In this document: positions 41,611 through 54,994 of the stretch, piece after piece
Numbering within the stretch: position 1 is the stretch's first letter
Layout: every line of letters begins with the position of its first letter
Source of the DNA: Octopus sinensis
Taxonomy: Eukaryota
Assembly: GCF_006345805.1 (NCBI RefSeq)
Contig: NC_042997.1
Coordinates: forward strand, 57,908,001-57,972,000
DNA: 64,000 nt
Direction: 5' to 3'
The notes under the pieces: model-generated
Databases searched by the model: none
Seen by the model: the letters and a program-made list of their open reading frames with translations, nothing else
Told to the model about the DNA's origin: nothing
Program-made: the position numbers and the translations under genes

Positions 41611-42426
41611 CTTGCAGTGGTCATAATAATGGCAGTAATAAAACCTGACCAGTTACACGAGCTTCACCACAGAGATAGAACTTCCACCTCTATCTCTTTA
41701 AACCTGTGTATCTCTCATTCATACACATGCAGTCAGTTACTTTACTACCTCTCCCTTCTCTATATATCTTTCTCATTTCCTATAATACAATGCTAAGCTT
41801 TGATTATTTTCACATAATACTTAAGTGATTGTTTTATTGTGCTAAATGCCAGGGTTGAGAGATTGTTAGTATGTAAGGAAGTTTCAGAGACACAAAGAAA
41901 GAATAAACTAGCTATTCATGTTCACATTAAACAGTGGGAGGTCAAATTACACTCCACTGCAGTAGTTCTCAACCTTTTCTATGTCCCACACCCCAAGGAA
42001 ATATTTAGTTTTCATGTCCCTGCAAATGTAATATCATGTTCGAAGGTGAAAAAAGTCAATTTTCTAATAACTTACTTTCTAATATTTTTTTTTCTCAAAG
42101 TGTATTTAGGTGTGGCATAATAGTTAGGGTGCTTTTCTTTCTTTCTTTCTTTTCTTTCTTTTCTTTTGTTTTTTTTTGTTTTCATTAGCCTATGTACAGT
42201 AAGTAAGTTCATGGTGTACTTAAAAAAACAAAGCTATTTTCAAGTGTTAAGTTTAATAACATATTACTTTCCTTCCTTGTTACAACTTCTGAAATGCCAC
42301 TTCCATATCCCCAGGGGTTGCAGACACCCCACATTGTTCTACTGCATTAAAGAAAGCAATTATACATTAGAATAAAAGATGAGGTGGCTACAGTGGGAAT
42401 TTGCTTGCTCATAGGTTTACTCAAAG

Positions 42427-42655
42427 TTAACTTTTTAGTATTCACATTATTCTGTCAAATGTGATGGTTATTTATTCACATTGTTCTGAATTAACCATGC
42501 ACTATCTCATAGCTTTGAGATTTTGATGATGTGATTGTATATTTTTAGATTGGCATTTTAAATAAGTGTGAGAGGCTAGATCTGGCTACTTTGAACATAA
42601 AACAGTTAGCGTTTACATTGGCCAGATATGGTTAGTGTAAACACTAAAAGGTTAA
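42427..42655. mobile_element. piggyBac-like MITE (TTAA termini)
   Basis: TTAA-CTTTTTAG...CTAAAAGG-TTAA; body homologous to 51623-51859. Confidence 0.7.
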
Positions 42656-43589
42656 AACAATAATGACTGCAGAGGTCATTTGTCTTAACATAATGTCCTT
42701 TACTAAAGTGACAAACAACAGCTTCCACGCTAGAACCTACATTTTGAGAGATTATGACACCGATATTTTGATATCAGTATCAGACATCACAACGAAATAT
42801 CAGTCATTAAACTTTCTTTGATTTCACAGGTGTTGATCAGCATACACAACCTGCCTTCTACAGAGTACAGGTTTCATACACATAATTTGACCTTTTTGAT
42901 TTTGTTCTAGATATTTGAAATTGGAGAGCAGTGTCATCGCTGCACAAAAATACTGAATAGTGTTTAACAGTTACCAGGTTACTTTCTTTAATTTTTTTGT
43001 TCTTTCTCCTTTACCTTACCTTTCCTTCTTTCTGTTTGTTCTTTTCTTATTCCTCTTTTCATTCTCTTTTCGCCACCTCTCTCTCACATGATATAATTGG
43101 TGTTACCTTGAACAACATATATTCCTATACACATGGTTCTGTCATTCACTCTTCAATAATATAAGTTACAAAATAATGCATGTTTAATTGAAAACAATGT
43201 GAATAAATAAGTATTACTTTTGAAAGAATACTGTGGATGCTAAAGGGTTAAAGCTTAGCTGTCACTTGCAAGCAAATATGACTTGGTAGCATGTATCATG
43301 CTTTCAGGTACCTATGTACCTGTTTTCAGGTTTTAGGTACCTATATAATTACAAGCAGACACCCTCTCAGTCTTCCCACCATTATCTCTGTGGAACAAAA
43401 AGGGGATATGACAGCTAGAAGTTGAGAGCACTTGGCTGGTATATATTTTCAGCTGAGTAGACTATAATATCATAAAATGACATCCTTTGTTCAAGGACAC
43501 AGCATGATGTCCTCTCCAGGAACTGAAACCCATAACCCTATGATCATGAGCCCAGCACTCTAACCATTTGGCCATCTAAATTTTTTTTT

Positions 43590-43890
43590 TTTTTGTTGCC
43601 CTTTTCAAGCCTAGCCAGACTTTCCCGGCTTCTGTGGCATATGTGTTCCCCCCAGCCGGACGGGGCACCAGTCCATTGCAGCGTTACTCAAGAAACAGGA
43701 AGAGAGAGTGAGAAAAAGTTGGGGCGAAAGAGTACAACAGGGGTCGCCACCACTCCCTGCCAGAGCCTAGTGGAGCTTTTAGGTGTTTTCACTCAATAAA
43801 CACACACAATGCCTGATCTGGGAATTGAAACCGTGATCCTCCGACCGCAAGTCCGCTGCCCTAACCACTGGGCCATTGCGCCTCCACCAC
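43590..43890 (-). mobile_element. tRNA-derived SINE
   Basis: The minus strand begins ggaggcgcaatggcccagtggttagggcagcggac, with B-box-like ggtttcaattcc. Confidence 0.85.
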
Positions 43891-43968
43891 ATCTAAATAT
43901 GCATTTAGAAAAATATATTAGGCATGTAGAGTGGTATCTGTGATATGACAGGTGATGTTGAGAATATA

Positions 43969-45194
43969 TTGGGTCATCCTATAAATAATGCAGTTTTTTT
44001 TATACTCCTTTTATTTTTCAAAATTAAGATAAACAAAGTTCTTTTTTAATCTAAAATATACTTTCCTTTATTTTCTACAATGCTCTTCCATCTATCTGGT
44101 AGACTTGCAAGGCCCACCTTCCAAAATTCACTTCTCCATGACTAAAGTACTGACCTCGTCTACAGAATTCATATTTTTTCTGCCCAAATGATTTTGAAGA
44201 CTGTGGAATAAATGATAATCAGATGGGACAATGTCTGGCGAATATGGCTGGTGGAGCATCATTTCTCATTCAAACTGCTCCAGCCTTTGGAATGTCATCC
44301 TCGCTGTATGTGGCTGAGCATTATCCTGAGGGAAGAGTACCTTTCGTCTTGAAACCAAAGATAGTTGTTTTCCTTCTAGTGCTGACTTAAGCCACTGAAG
44401 CTACTCGCAGTAGATCTCCTTCGTTATCATTTGGTTTGGGTTTAAAAGTTCAAAGTGGACTAAACCATTCATATCTCACCAATCAGACAACAACACCTTA
44501 CATGGGTGAAGACCTTCTTTAGTCTGGGTGCCAATGTCTCTCCTTTCCCTACCCACTTGACATTTTTATAGAGAACCTATTTCTTGTCAACAGTCACTAT
44601 TCAGTCCAAAAGAGGTTCATCCGTGAGACATGACAGCAAAGAAGAGCACACATTCACTCTTTGCACATGATTAGACTCGGAAAGTTTGTGAGGAACTCAT
44701 TGACCTAATTTACTGACTTTTCCGATGGCACGCAGGTGTTGATGAATGGTTGAATGACCAAATCCAAGTTTCTCTACTAGTTCCTCAGCAGCTACTATGG
44801 GGTTTTGTTCTAGCAGTGTTTGCAGGACATCCTTGTGGAGCTCTACAGATCTTCAAGGACGAGGCTTGGCTTCTAGGCCATAGTTTCTGGCATAGAATTT
44901 CTAGAACCACCGTTGACACTGGCTTGCGTTCATTGTCCGATCCCCATATACTGCATTAATATTTCTCACACTTTCCGTTGCGTTGTTGCCTTTATTGAAC
45001 TCGTAAAGCAAAATATGCTGAATATACCCCCTTGTTACTTCCATTATAGCTTGAAAAATAACTATTTAAATCGAACTACACTCTTCAAAACTTGTACTAA
45101 GAATAAGTGCAAGGTAAAATTACTATCTTCTTATATAGCAAGTTGATGCAGGTAGTTTATCCTGTTCCCCTCTGACTTTTAGTTCATGACCCAA
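43969..45194 (-). mobile_element. Full-length decayed mariner
   Basis: Ends TTGGGTCAT...ATGACCCAA; minus-strand translation gives YEFNKGNNAT, Q*VPHKL, QDNAQPH and HQPYSPDIVPSDYHLF. Confidence 0.92.
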
Positions 45195-45372
45195 TTCTTT
45201 CACCACAATCAGTTGATATCAGGTAATGTTACTTTTAGGTATAATGGTTTTAACTTTACCTTTTATTTCAAATTTCATAGTGCTTATACAAAATAATAAA
45301 ATAAAATTTTTTAATAACTTAAAAATAGAATTAAATGAAATTGATTTCTCATTTGTGTTTTCACTTTAACTA

Positions 45373-46416
45373 TCAGGCTGAGTAAAAAGTAAGCAACGTT
45401 TTGAAACATGAAATTCATCACAATATATTTCAACAATGCAGAAATTTTATTCATCAAAGTAAGTACTATTACAATCAACACGTTTTTGCCAATGAGTTAC
45501 AAGTTTGTTTATTCTGGTAACCTAAATATCTGGAGTTCTGGAGCTGATGAACTCTTTGCACTTTCAGCATCAGCTTTATTTTTGAACTCCTTCTCTCACA
45601 GGAAACCATCAAGATACTTGAAAAAGTGGTAGCCGGTAGGAGAAGGGTCTGGGGAATAAGCTAGGTTATTATTCCAGAGTATGAAACAGTCTTCCAGGTA
45701 TCTACTTCCGGAGGGATGTCTTTCACCCTCATTCTGGAAGTACGTCTTGCAAGGTAGCTGAGTAGAAGCACCACCTCATCTGTTCTCAGTGGAATCACTG
45801 CGTGTAGCCTGGCTTTCGCTGCAGTATGAAACTGCACCTCCACCATGGCAAACCTTTGTCCTCTGGCATGGTACGCAACATCTTGCCAGATTGGTTGCAA
45901 TGCCTTCTCGATCTGTAGTGTTGCTGTCACCTCCACCTTCGTTACCTTTGGATTAAACATCCTGTATACTACAGTTCTTTCTGTTGTCGACTTTATAACA
46001 TTGCTGGGAGGGGACACAATGACTTTCTGTCTCTCCCTGCATAACATGTCTTGAACTTGTCTCTCTCAAACCTCTCTGTGCCTAGCTCTTAACTGCGTCC
46101 TCTGGCCACAGCTGCAAAACTTACTCCTGCACTCCTTTCCATTTGTATTTCTCGGTCTATTGCACCCAGGCTCCTCAGCAATTCCTCTTCAGATGTTGTT
46201 CTGTCTGAAAAAATCTTCATACATCATGAAGACACATAGATGATTGTAACAACGGTGGAAAAAATAACAATGTTAATTTATTGATGCATTTTGGCAAGTC
46301 TATGTCTGTATTATCAGACAATTGCAAAAAATGTTTTAAAAAAATTCAAAACACTGCAAAAATCCGATACAAATTCCTCATGGTTCAAAACGTTGCTTAC
46401 TTTTTACTCAACCAGA
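45373..46416 (-). mobile_element. Internally deleted mariner containing a LINE fragment
   Basis: ~38-bp TIRs (tcaggctgagtaaaaagtaagcaacgttttgaa / reverse complement) flanked by TA; YSPDPSPTGYHFFKYLD on the minus strand at ~45610-45660. Confidence 0.88.
45660..46190 (-). mobile_element. Probable Tx1/L1-clade ORF1 fragment
   Basis: ORF 45661-46047 (RTVVYRMFNP...RFAMVEVQF...RRTSRMRVKDIPPEVD) resembles non-LTR ORF1 RRM-like regions; the clade assignment is from memory. Confidence 0.55.
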
Positions 46417-46982
46417 TATTATATTAATGGCAATAATGCATTTTAAATAATGGTTTCCAATTTTGGCACAAAGCCAGCAGTTTCGGGGAGAGGGTAAATT
46501 GATTACATCGACCCCAGTGTTCAATTTTATTGACCCTGAAAGGGATGGAAAGCAAAGTCAACCTCAGTGGAATTTGAACTCAGAAACTAAAGACAGATGA
46601 AATGCCACTAAGCATTTTGTCCGGTATTCTAACGATTCTACCAGCTCACATTATTTAGTATTTAAATATTGATTACTTATAAATGTAACACTGATTATTT
46701 CGATATAAAGTAGTGTGACATGTTTAGTGTTCCATATAAGGTAGCGTAATTTATTATTAGGTCGCGTAACAATCAGTAAGCAATGAGTTTTGATTAGTAT
46801 TGATAACGAAATCATTAAATTTATTTTCTGGAAAGAGATCGAATACAGCCGAGGTTGACTTTGCCTTTCATTGTTTCGGGGTCGATAAAATAAGTACCAG
46901 TTGAGCACTGGAGTCAATGTAATCGACAAAGCGCGCGCCCTCAAAAACTTTAAGCCTTATAAAAATAAAATTTTCAGGAAAA

Positions 46983-47017
46983 ATGGGAGACAACTTCGGA
47001 GACAGCTTAGTTAACTT
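46983..47017 (+). CDS. Candidate start-codon exon MGDNFGDSLVN
   Basis: tttcAG|gaaaaATG...TT|GTAAGT; lies in a CpG-retaining patch. Confidence 0.35.
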
Positions 47018-47699
47018 GTAAGTACGTAACCGATGCCTTCCCAGCAAGGGACGAATCAATGATAAAAGAATCTTTGAACAATATATTATATAAAAGAATA
47101 TCTCCACAATATGAAGTATAATATATTGCACATTTGTTGCAGCAGGAAAATAGAATTGTTAATCATTTATGCATAAAGCTTGAACTCGAATATTACAATT
47201 TTCCATTTCCTTTCTCCTTTAAATGTTTTGTTAATCTTAAGAGAGAATGGCATAGTATCTATATATAAACAAATTTCAAATAGAAATCTTTCATCGGAAC
47301 TATACGCTTTGATGTGGAAATTTAAATGACAGAAAAAAGAAAACCAGACTACTTCAATAATTTCATACGTATTGAACTGTAATTATGTTCCAGGGGAGGT
47401 AACTAATGATAAACGTATTTTACAGTTATGTCCCTTAGCATGAAAACGCCGCTTCTAATTTGAAGGAACTGGGTTAAAATTGAGAAAATTAAATTATTTT
47501 GAGATAAGACTAAAACTGATATTTTATTGTTTGCTTTATTAGTCTGTTAGCAGCTGTTACAAATAATTTTTTAGATTTATGATCATACTTCAAAAATTTA
47601 TTTTGTCACTGTGTTGATAGATGATGTAGCCGAAATTCTTTTTCCTTGTTTCCATTCTCATATCGTTTTTCCTTTATCTTACTAGTAAAATTAGAGATA

Positions 47700-47790
47700 C
47701 AGTAGACCCCGGCATTCGCGAGGTTTACGTCCCTAGAGCACCCGCGAATAGTGAAAAACCGCGAATATTGGACGTGATCCATAAAAATGT
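47700..47790 (+). mobile_element. Tigger/pogo-like terminal fragment
   Basis: TA-CAGTAGACCCCGGCATTCGCG followed by repeated CCGCGAATA. Confidence 0.6.
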
Positions 47791-47811
47791 CTATAAATGT
47801 CAAAATATAAC

Positions 47812-48115
47812 ATAGGAGTGGTTGTGTGGTAAGTAGCTTGCTTACCAACCACATGGTTCCAGGTTCAGTCCCACTACGTGGCACCTTGGGCAAGTGTCTT
47901 CTACTATAGCCTTGGGCTGACCAAGGCCTTGTGAGTGGATTCGGTAGATGGAAACTGGAAGAAGCCCGTCGTATATATGTGTGTGTGTGTATATGTTTGT
48001 GAGTCTGTGTTTGTTCCCCCATCATCGCTTGACAACTGATGTTGGTGTGTTTACGTCCCCGTAACTTAGTGGTTCAACAAAAGCGACCGATAGAATAAGT
48101 ACTAGGCTTACAAAG
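47812..48115 (+). mobile_element. CORE-like tRNA-derived SINE
   Basis: ggagtggttgtgtggtaagtagcttgcttacc...ggcaccttgggcaagtgtc. Confidence 0.9.
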
Positions 48116-48214
48116 AAATGTAGTAATGATTTTTAAAAAGCAGTGGTATAAAATAACGGCCAGTCTCGTATTGTATATATCTCTGATCTGTCAAGTAATA
48201 CAGGTGCAATACAC

Positions 48215-48252
<38 letters not shown>

Positions 48253-48255
48253 CAT

Positions 48256-48759
48256 ACCAGAGTAAGCACATAAATGTGAAACAAGGTTAAAAAAAATAGT
48301 ACTCAAATACTGGAGGTTGAGTAATATGCTTTATTAATAAAGCTGCAAAGGCATCATAGAAATGTTCCTTTTTGTTGGACAGTTTTGGTTGAGAAATTGT
48401 CTGACGAATGGGAACGTAAAACTCGTAAAAAAAGTATATATATATATATATACTTATTAATAAAGCTGGAAAGACATCACAAAAACTGTTACTCAGAGTT
48501 TTACGTTCCCATTATTAATAAAGTATATATATATATATATATATATATACTTTATTAATAAAGCTTGAAAGACATCACAAAAACTGTTATTCAGAATTTT
48601 ACGTTCCCATTCATCAGACAATTTCTCAACCAAAACTGTCCAACAATAAGGAACATTTCTATGATGCCTTTGCAGCTTTATTAATAAAGCATATTAATCT
48701 ACCTCCAGTATTTGAGTACTATTTTTTTCACCTTGTTTCACATTTATGTGCTTACTCTG

Positions 48760-48761
<2 letters not shown>
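48256..48761. mobile_element. Fold-back element, probably Penelope-derived, with ~170-bp inverted arms and hammerhead-like relics
   Basis: accagagtaagcacataaatgtgaaacaagg... is mirrored at 48596-48761; there is an internal tandem of aaaactgttactcagagttttacgttccc separated by (TA)n. Confidence 0.8.
48584..48621 (-). ncRNA. Degenerate minimal hammerhead-like motif
   Basis: TTGT-CTGATGA-ATG(GGAA)CGT-AAAA-TTCTGAA-TA-ACAG; the core GAAA appears as AAAA (G12A). Confidence 0.5.
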
Positions 48762-48800
<39 letters not shown>

Positions 48801-50799
48801 TATATATATATATACTGTCACTACAATCGGAATTGTTGAGAGACAAATACAGCAAGACAGGTGGAGAGTGTGTGTGTATGTATGTGAAATATAAATATTT
48901 TGACCCGTGGTTCGCTCGGGTTTTGGTGGTGGTGTTGTTTTGTGCATGTTGTCTCCTTTCCCCTTTTTTCTTTTGTTCATCTTCTTTGCCTGGTTCTTTT
49001 TATTGCCCTCTTCTTTACTCCCCTTTCCAAAATCCCCCAAATTTTTACACCCACAATTAAAGATAACCACCTCTAGCCTCTGCAGCAACAAGAAAAGCTG
49101 CCATTATTCAAACAGCACAACCTGTCTATCCCATAAAACTCAATTTTTCCCATATTCCTCACCATGGCAACCAAACGGCAGCCCCGAGCGACTTGCAACC
49201 CTCCTCACACCATTGCCCACCCCATTTTACCTCCCACTGAAAATTTTGGCACCAATCCGACCCCATCTACTGCCCCTTAAACCGTTCCCATCCCCAAATG
49301 AGACAAATAACCAAGAAATCAGACAACTTTTTTGCATTTCAGCTTTATAGATATTGATATCACTATACAAATTAGCAAGCTTTGATTGAAAGCAGGAAAA
49401 AAGAAATACAAGATATAGTGTACTTGTATCTAAAATAATCATGTGACGTGATTTGAAGAGGTGTCCAATAAGCTGGCAAATACGGTATATTGTTATTAAT
49501 AATTTAGCCTTAAAAAGTGGGAAAAAATATATATTACCATGTGTGTGGGTGGGTATGTGTGCATGCATGTGTGTGTGAGAGGGTGCATGTGTGCATGTAT
49601 GAGAGGTGGAGTGTGTATGGCTGCATTAATGTAGCCAAGCATGTGAGTATTATGTGTGCGGGTGTGTGTGTGTGTGACGTATGGTATAGGAATATAAACA
49701 ATAAAAAATAAAAAATACAAATAAATAATGAATGTAAAAATCAATAATAATAATAATTGTGAACAAATCAGTAACAGAAATAAATAAAAAAAAGAAAATC
49801 AGTTAGAGAAAAAATCAGTCACAGAAATAAATGAAAATTATAAAGATTATAAAAAAAAAAAATTAAAATACTGAATTAAACGAATAAAGAATAGGATAGA
49901 GCATAAAATGTTTTTTTTAAAAAGGGGGTGGGGAAGAGTCCACAAGGAGTTTGAGTATGTAGAGTGAAAATGTAACACAGTTCCAGGCATAGTCTAGAGT
50001 TGATGGATCCATGGTGTGGGGCAAGGCCAAAGATGGTGAGGTTTAAGGTGGAGTGGTCAGCCAAGCAAAAGTGACTGGTAACATCTCATAGGTGATTGGT
50101 GAACTGGTCAGCTAGCTGGCAGACCATCTGACTAACATAAAGTTTATTGCCGTAAATGTCTCCTCTCTTTGCATTTTCTACCAGTACTATAATGGCTTCT
50201 ACTCCTTGGAGCTAACTGCACTCATGACACCTTCATTTAAGCATCTCTGTTCTATGTGTTTCTCCTTCTATCATCATTCTTGTTGTTTCCAACTTGTCAA
50301 GCTTACACTAATCTCTACTCCCATTCCTTCTTTCTCTGAGTGAAAACACATGGCTTAGTGATTAGGGTATTTGGCTCACAATCGTAAGGTCATGAGTTCA
50401 ATTTCCAGTGACATGTGTCCTTGAGCAAGAAACTTTATTTCTGATCACTTCAGTTCATTCAGCTGGTAAAAATGAGTAATACCTGTATTTCAAAGGGCTA
50501 GCCATGTCACATTCTGTGTCACGCTGAATATCTCTGAGAACTACGTTAAGGGTACATGTGTCTGTGGAATGCTCAGCAGGCTGTTCTGTTGATAAGATCA
50601 ACTGGAACCCTTCTCAGAACACCAGCTCTTTGGAATTCCCTCCCTGCTCCTATTTTTCTGCAGGTGTTAATTTAACAAAGGTTCAAGAGGAATCTTAATG
50701 CCATCAATCTCATTGGTCTTGGAGGGACTGTAAATGCCATGGAGAATACCCTTTTCTTCAGACCCAGAAAGTAATATGTATACAGTGGACTCTTTTGTT

Positions 50800-51240
50800 A
50801 TAATAATAATAATAATAATGAAATTATTGTGTATAGTGCTCAGGTGTACTACAACTTATCAAAGGTGCATGTACAGTACATAGAATTATGTACAAATGTC
50901 AGGAAAGTGAATACTGTATGAGTCATGATATACATGTGTGCATGCATATGAAGGGGGTGATATCAGGTGTAGTGTTGGCGAATTTCAGGAAGTATAGAGG
51001 TTTTAAAAGATGCATTGTCTCGGCAGCCAACAACTGATGCAGGTAGTTTGTTCCATGCACAGCAACTCTGAGTGAGAATAAATGTTTCCGAAAGTCATAG
51101 GAGCTGTGCTGTATTCTGACTTTGTAGGCACACCCATGTGTGTTAGACACATGGAGCTCAAAAAGGTGCTCAAGGTGGTTGTTGGCACGGTGGTTAACAA
51201 TGTAGACAACAGATAAGGTTTTCTGCAATTTCTTGCTGAA
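50800..51240 (-). mobile_element. CR1/L2-type LINE 3' remnant
   Basis: HGCAYKVRIQHSSYDFRKHLFSLRV matches the CR1 RT C-terminal pattern (GH.YKL...RK.FFS.RV); (TTA)n tail at ~50800. A similar relic lies at ~52960-53200. Confidence 0.75.
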
Positions 51241-51622
51241 CAACCTCTACAGATAATTTTATAATGATCAAGTATTTGTGCTGTATATTAGCTCACTCTT
51301 TCCATCAAATCGACATTGCTTATACAGGTGCATGGAGCAACTGGAGATGAAGTGTTTTACTCAAGAATACAATGCACTACCTCTGGGAACTGAAACCATG
51401 ATGTCATGATCTTGTGTGCAACTACCTAACCACCTGGCCACGTGCACTCACACTCATACATACATGTATATGCACACACATATGCTCATGCACACACACA
51501 TCCACACACACACACACACACACAAAATATCTGTATTAATTATCATCTTTCTCTCTTGATTTTTGTTAGCGATTTTTCTTCATATCTGCTATCCTTATCT
51601 CCATTATTACCAATAATTTTCT

Positions 51623-52682
51623 TTAACCCTTTAACATTCAGATTATTTTGTCAAATGTAATGCATATTTATTCAGATTTATTCACTGTTTTGAATTAATC
51701 ATGCATCTATCTCATAACTTTGAGATTTCAATGATATGATTGCTTATTTTTAGAATGACATTGTAGGGTAGATGTGAGATACTGGATCTGGCCAGTTTGA
51801 ATGTAAAACAGGTAGAATATTTTGGTTGGATATGGCCAGTTTAAATGCTAATGGGTTAAGTTTAAATGCTAATGAATTCAAGGAAACAAAGATCATAGTC
51901 TCTACTTCCCTTATTCTCAAAGAAACCTTAACTCTTTTGATACCAACCCACCAGAGACTGACCTTGGTTCTATGATACAAACTTCTTGTTTTAAAGTAAT
52001 CTAAATTAAAAACTTTCCATCAAAATTTCGTATTAATTTGTTTCAAACACCAGCTTAATAATGACAAAATTGTTTTACTCAGTTCTTCATTATTTTCAAA
52101 AATTAATTAAAGCAAAAACAGTGTATTTTAAAAGAAATATGATAATGAAAGAGCTTAATTGTTGGTGAATTTTCTTTGTTTATTCAGGTATCTACCTATT
52201 TGAATTACAAATCAAGTAAGTCTCAACTGATTCACCATCAGGGTCAACTATTTCTTTAATTCAGGTGGGGAATAGGGAAATAAACACCCAATATGTTACT
52301 GAAATATTAAATTGTTCATGTCTGTTTCTACAACTGCTGTTGATGTTTAGCCTCAGGTCAGCCTTGATTGAGTAGGCCTACAAGCAAAAATGTTCTATTC
52401 TTTTTCTCAGATACAATGGATCTAGGAATGATGTTATCCAATGTACTCCCACTTTTTTTTAACCTTTTTGATATCAACCTACCCAAGGCTTCCCTCTGAT
52501 AAACACTACCTGTTTTAAAGTAACCTAAATTAAAATCTTCCATCAAAGTTTCATGTTAATTTATGTTCCAGAGACCAGCTTAATAATGACAAACCTATTT
52601 TACTTAAATTCCTCATTATTTTGTAAATAAATTTAAACAAAAGCAGTGTATTTCAACAGAAATAAGGTAACAGAAAGCTTAA
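51623..52682. mobile_element. Three piggyBac-like MITEs (51623-51859, ~51925-52160, ~52460-52682)
   Basis: TTAA-bounded ends; the last two are homologous to each other. Confidence 0.65.
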
Positions 52683-53244
52683 TGATGTTTGTGTGCATTT
52701 TGAGGGAGATTTGGTTGCTTTTTTTTTTTTTTAGCATATTGGCATCTCTCATTGCCAATGTTTCTTCCATATTCTGGCAGCAAAAAATGTAGTTTTTGCC
52801 TTTTTAAGCTGAGTTTGATTGTAGTTAAATGAAAATCAAAATTAAATAAGCATAATTTATTGAATAGGACTACAACACATAAATCCTAACACCAAGAATT
52901 TGGCTCTATGATAATATTTATAATCTTTTATAATACAATAATGATCTTATTATTTACAGTGCTTAGGTGCACTACAATTCATGAGGAAAAGTAGCTTAAA
53001 GTGCATGAACAGTACATAGAATAATGCACATGAAGTGAACAATGAATGAGCTGTTTAAAAAAAATAAAGTAGTGGTGGGGGGAGACATTAGGTGTACTGT
53101 TGGTGAATTGCTGGAAGTTTTAAAGGATGTAGAATAATGACAGCTGACAAGTGATGCAGGTAGTTTATTCCATGCTTCAGCAATTCAGAGCGTGAAAAAA
53201 TGTTTCTGAAAGTCATGGGTAATGAGTTGTTTTTTGATTTTGAA

Positions 53245-53638
53245 TAGCTGTGTGGTAAGTAGCTTGCTTACAAAGCACATGGTTCCGGGTTCAGTCCCAC
53301 TGCGTGGCACCTTGGGCAAGTGTCTTCTACTATAGCCTCGGGCCAACCAAAGGCCTTGTGAATGGATTTGGTAGACGGAAACTGAAAGAAGCCCGTCGTA
53401 TATATGTATATGTATATATATATGTGTGTTTGTGTGTCTGTGTTTGTCTACCCAACATCGCTTGGCAACCGATGTTGGTATGTTTACATCCCCGTAACTT
53501 AGTGGTTCGGCAAAAGAGAACAACAGAATAAGTACTAGGCTTACAAAGAATAAGTCCTGGGGTCGATTTACTCAACTAAAAGCGGTGCTCCAGCATGGCC
53601 ACAGTCAAATGACTGAAACAAGTAAAAGAGTAAAGAGT
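53245..53638 (+). mobile_element. Full-length CORE-like tRNA-derived SINE
   Basis: Same family as 47812 and 18955; ends gaaacaagtaaaagagtaaagagta. A reverse copy follows at ~53740-54130. Confidence 0.9.
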
Positions 53639-54958
53639 ATGTCAACAAGGTGGCAAAGGTTTTGTTGGAAAGATGGTGGATAATCTTGTGGGTGTCTACC
53701 AAGTCAGTTGCCAGATGTTAGAGCTTTAATGTGCTTTATCTTCTATCTTTTACTTGCTTCAGTCATGCTGGGGCACTGCCTTGAAAGGTTTTAGTTGAAT
53801 GAATTGACCCTAGTATTTATATCTTTTCTAAAGTCTGGTACTTATCCTATCGGTGACTTTTGCTGAACCACTTCATAAGCAAAACTTAAGGATATAAACA
53901 TACCAACACCAGTTATCAAGTGGTTGTAGGTGACAAACATAAGGACTTACGCACACACATATATGGTAGGCTTCTTGCTTCTTCCAGTTTCTGTCTATCA
54001 AATCCACTAAACCCTTGGTTGACCCAGGGCTACAGAAGGAGCCACTTGCCCAAGAGCCATGCAGTGGGATTGAACCTGCAATCATGTGGTTGGGAAGCAA
54101 ACATCTTACCACACAGCCACACTTGTGCTTGTGATAATAGCATAAAAACAATAATAACATGATATAAAAAATGGCCTCTTGCTATTAATGTTTGATCAAA
54201 ATGCTCAACAATAAGCATAGAATATGATAACTATCAGTGAAATAAATTCAATTAAAGCTAGTTCTTCAGATTTATAACCAGATATAGACTAGTTGCAACA
54301 TTTTTGGTGTGGACATGATGTGGTATGTTATTTTTCTGCTGTTGAATCTGTGAAAAGGTCTGCATGGCATTTTTATTTAATTTAGATCAATAAAATTGGC
54401 TCTAACAGCACATTAATACAAGCAATTAACAATTGGGTTATACATAGCATGTTTTGATTCAGATTTAACATGAAATATTCAATAAGTTAACAAATAACAT
54501 ATGTTAATAATTAATAAGTTAATGAATAACATGATCATCAATGGAATTGAAGTAAGAAAAAAGTGCATGATAATAAAGGAACTAAAAGGATAGTGTTTCA
54601 AACTAATGAAAGTATAATAGTGAAAGAGATAAGCTTCTAGCAAGCTGAGACAATAAAAGGTTTGTGGTTATTTTTGACATCTGCTCACATTGTTTATGCT
54701 TTTAATAAAAGCATGAATGTCAAAATATCAAATCACTCCAAATATAAGTTTGGACTGTTGTACTTATTTCAAACAAAACCAATGTTTATAATTTCTTAGC
54801 TTGTATGAAAAATTCTGAAGATATATGTACATATACATCATCTATCCATCTGTATACACATACATTTGTGTGTGTGTGTGTGTGCGTGTGTGTGTAATAT
54901 ATTTTTTTATTTGTGTCAATTGCTAAGCATACATTTTAACTATTCAAGCCATTCCTGT

Positions 54959-54994
<36 letters not shown>

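Noticed and set aside
42829-42985. Apparent plus-strand exon pair, and a minus-strand acceptor at ~42948
   Set aside because: The plus-strand intron would be only 40 nt, and the readings on both strands end quickly in stops.
48907-49350. 147-aa Pro/Leu/Ser-rich ORF
   Set aside because: Low-complexity, strand-biased composition; probably a decayed retroelement; no motif.
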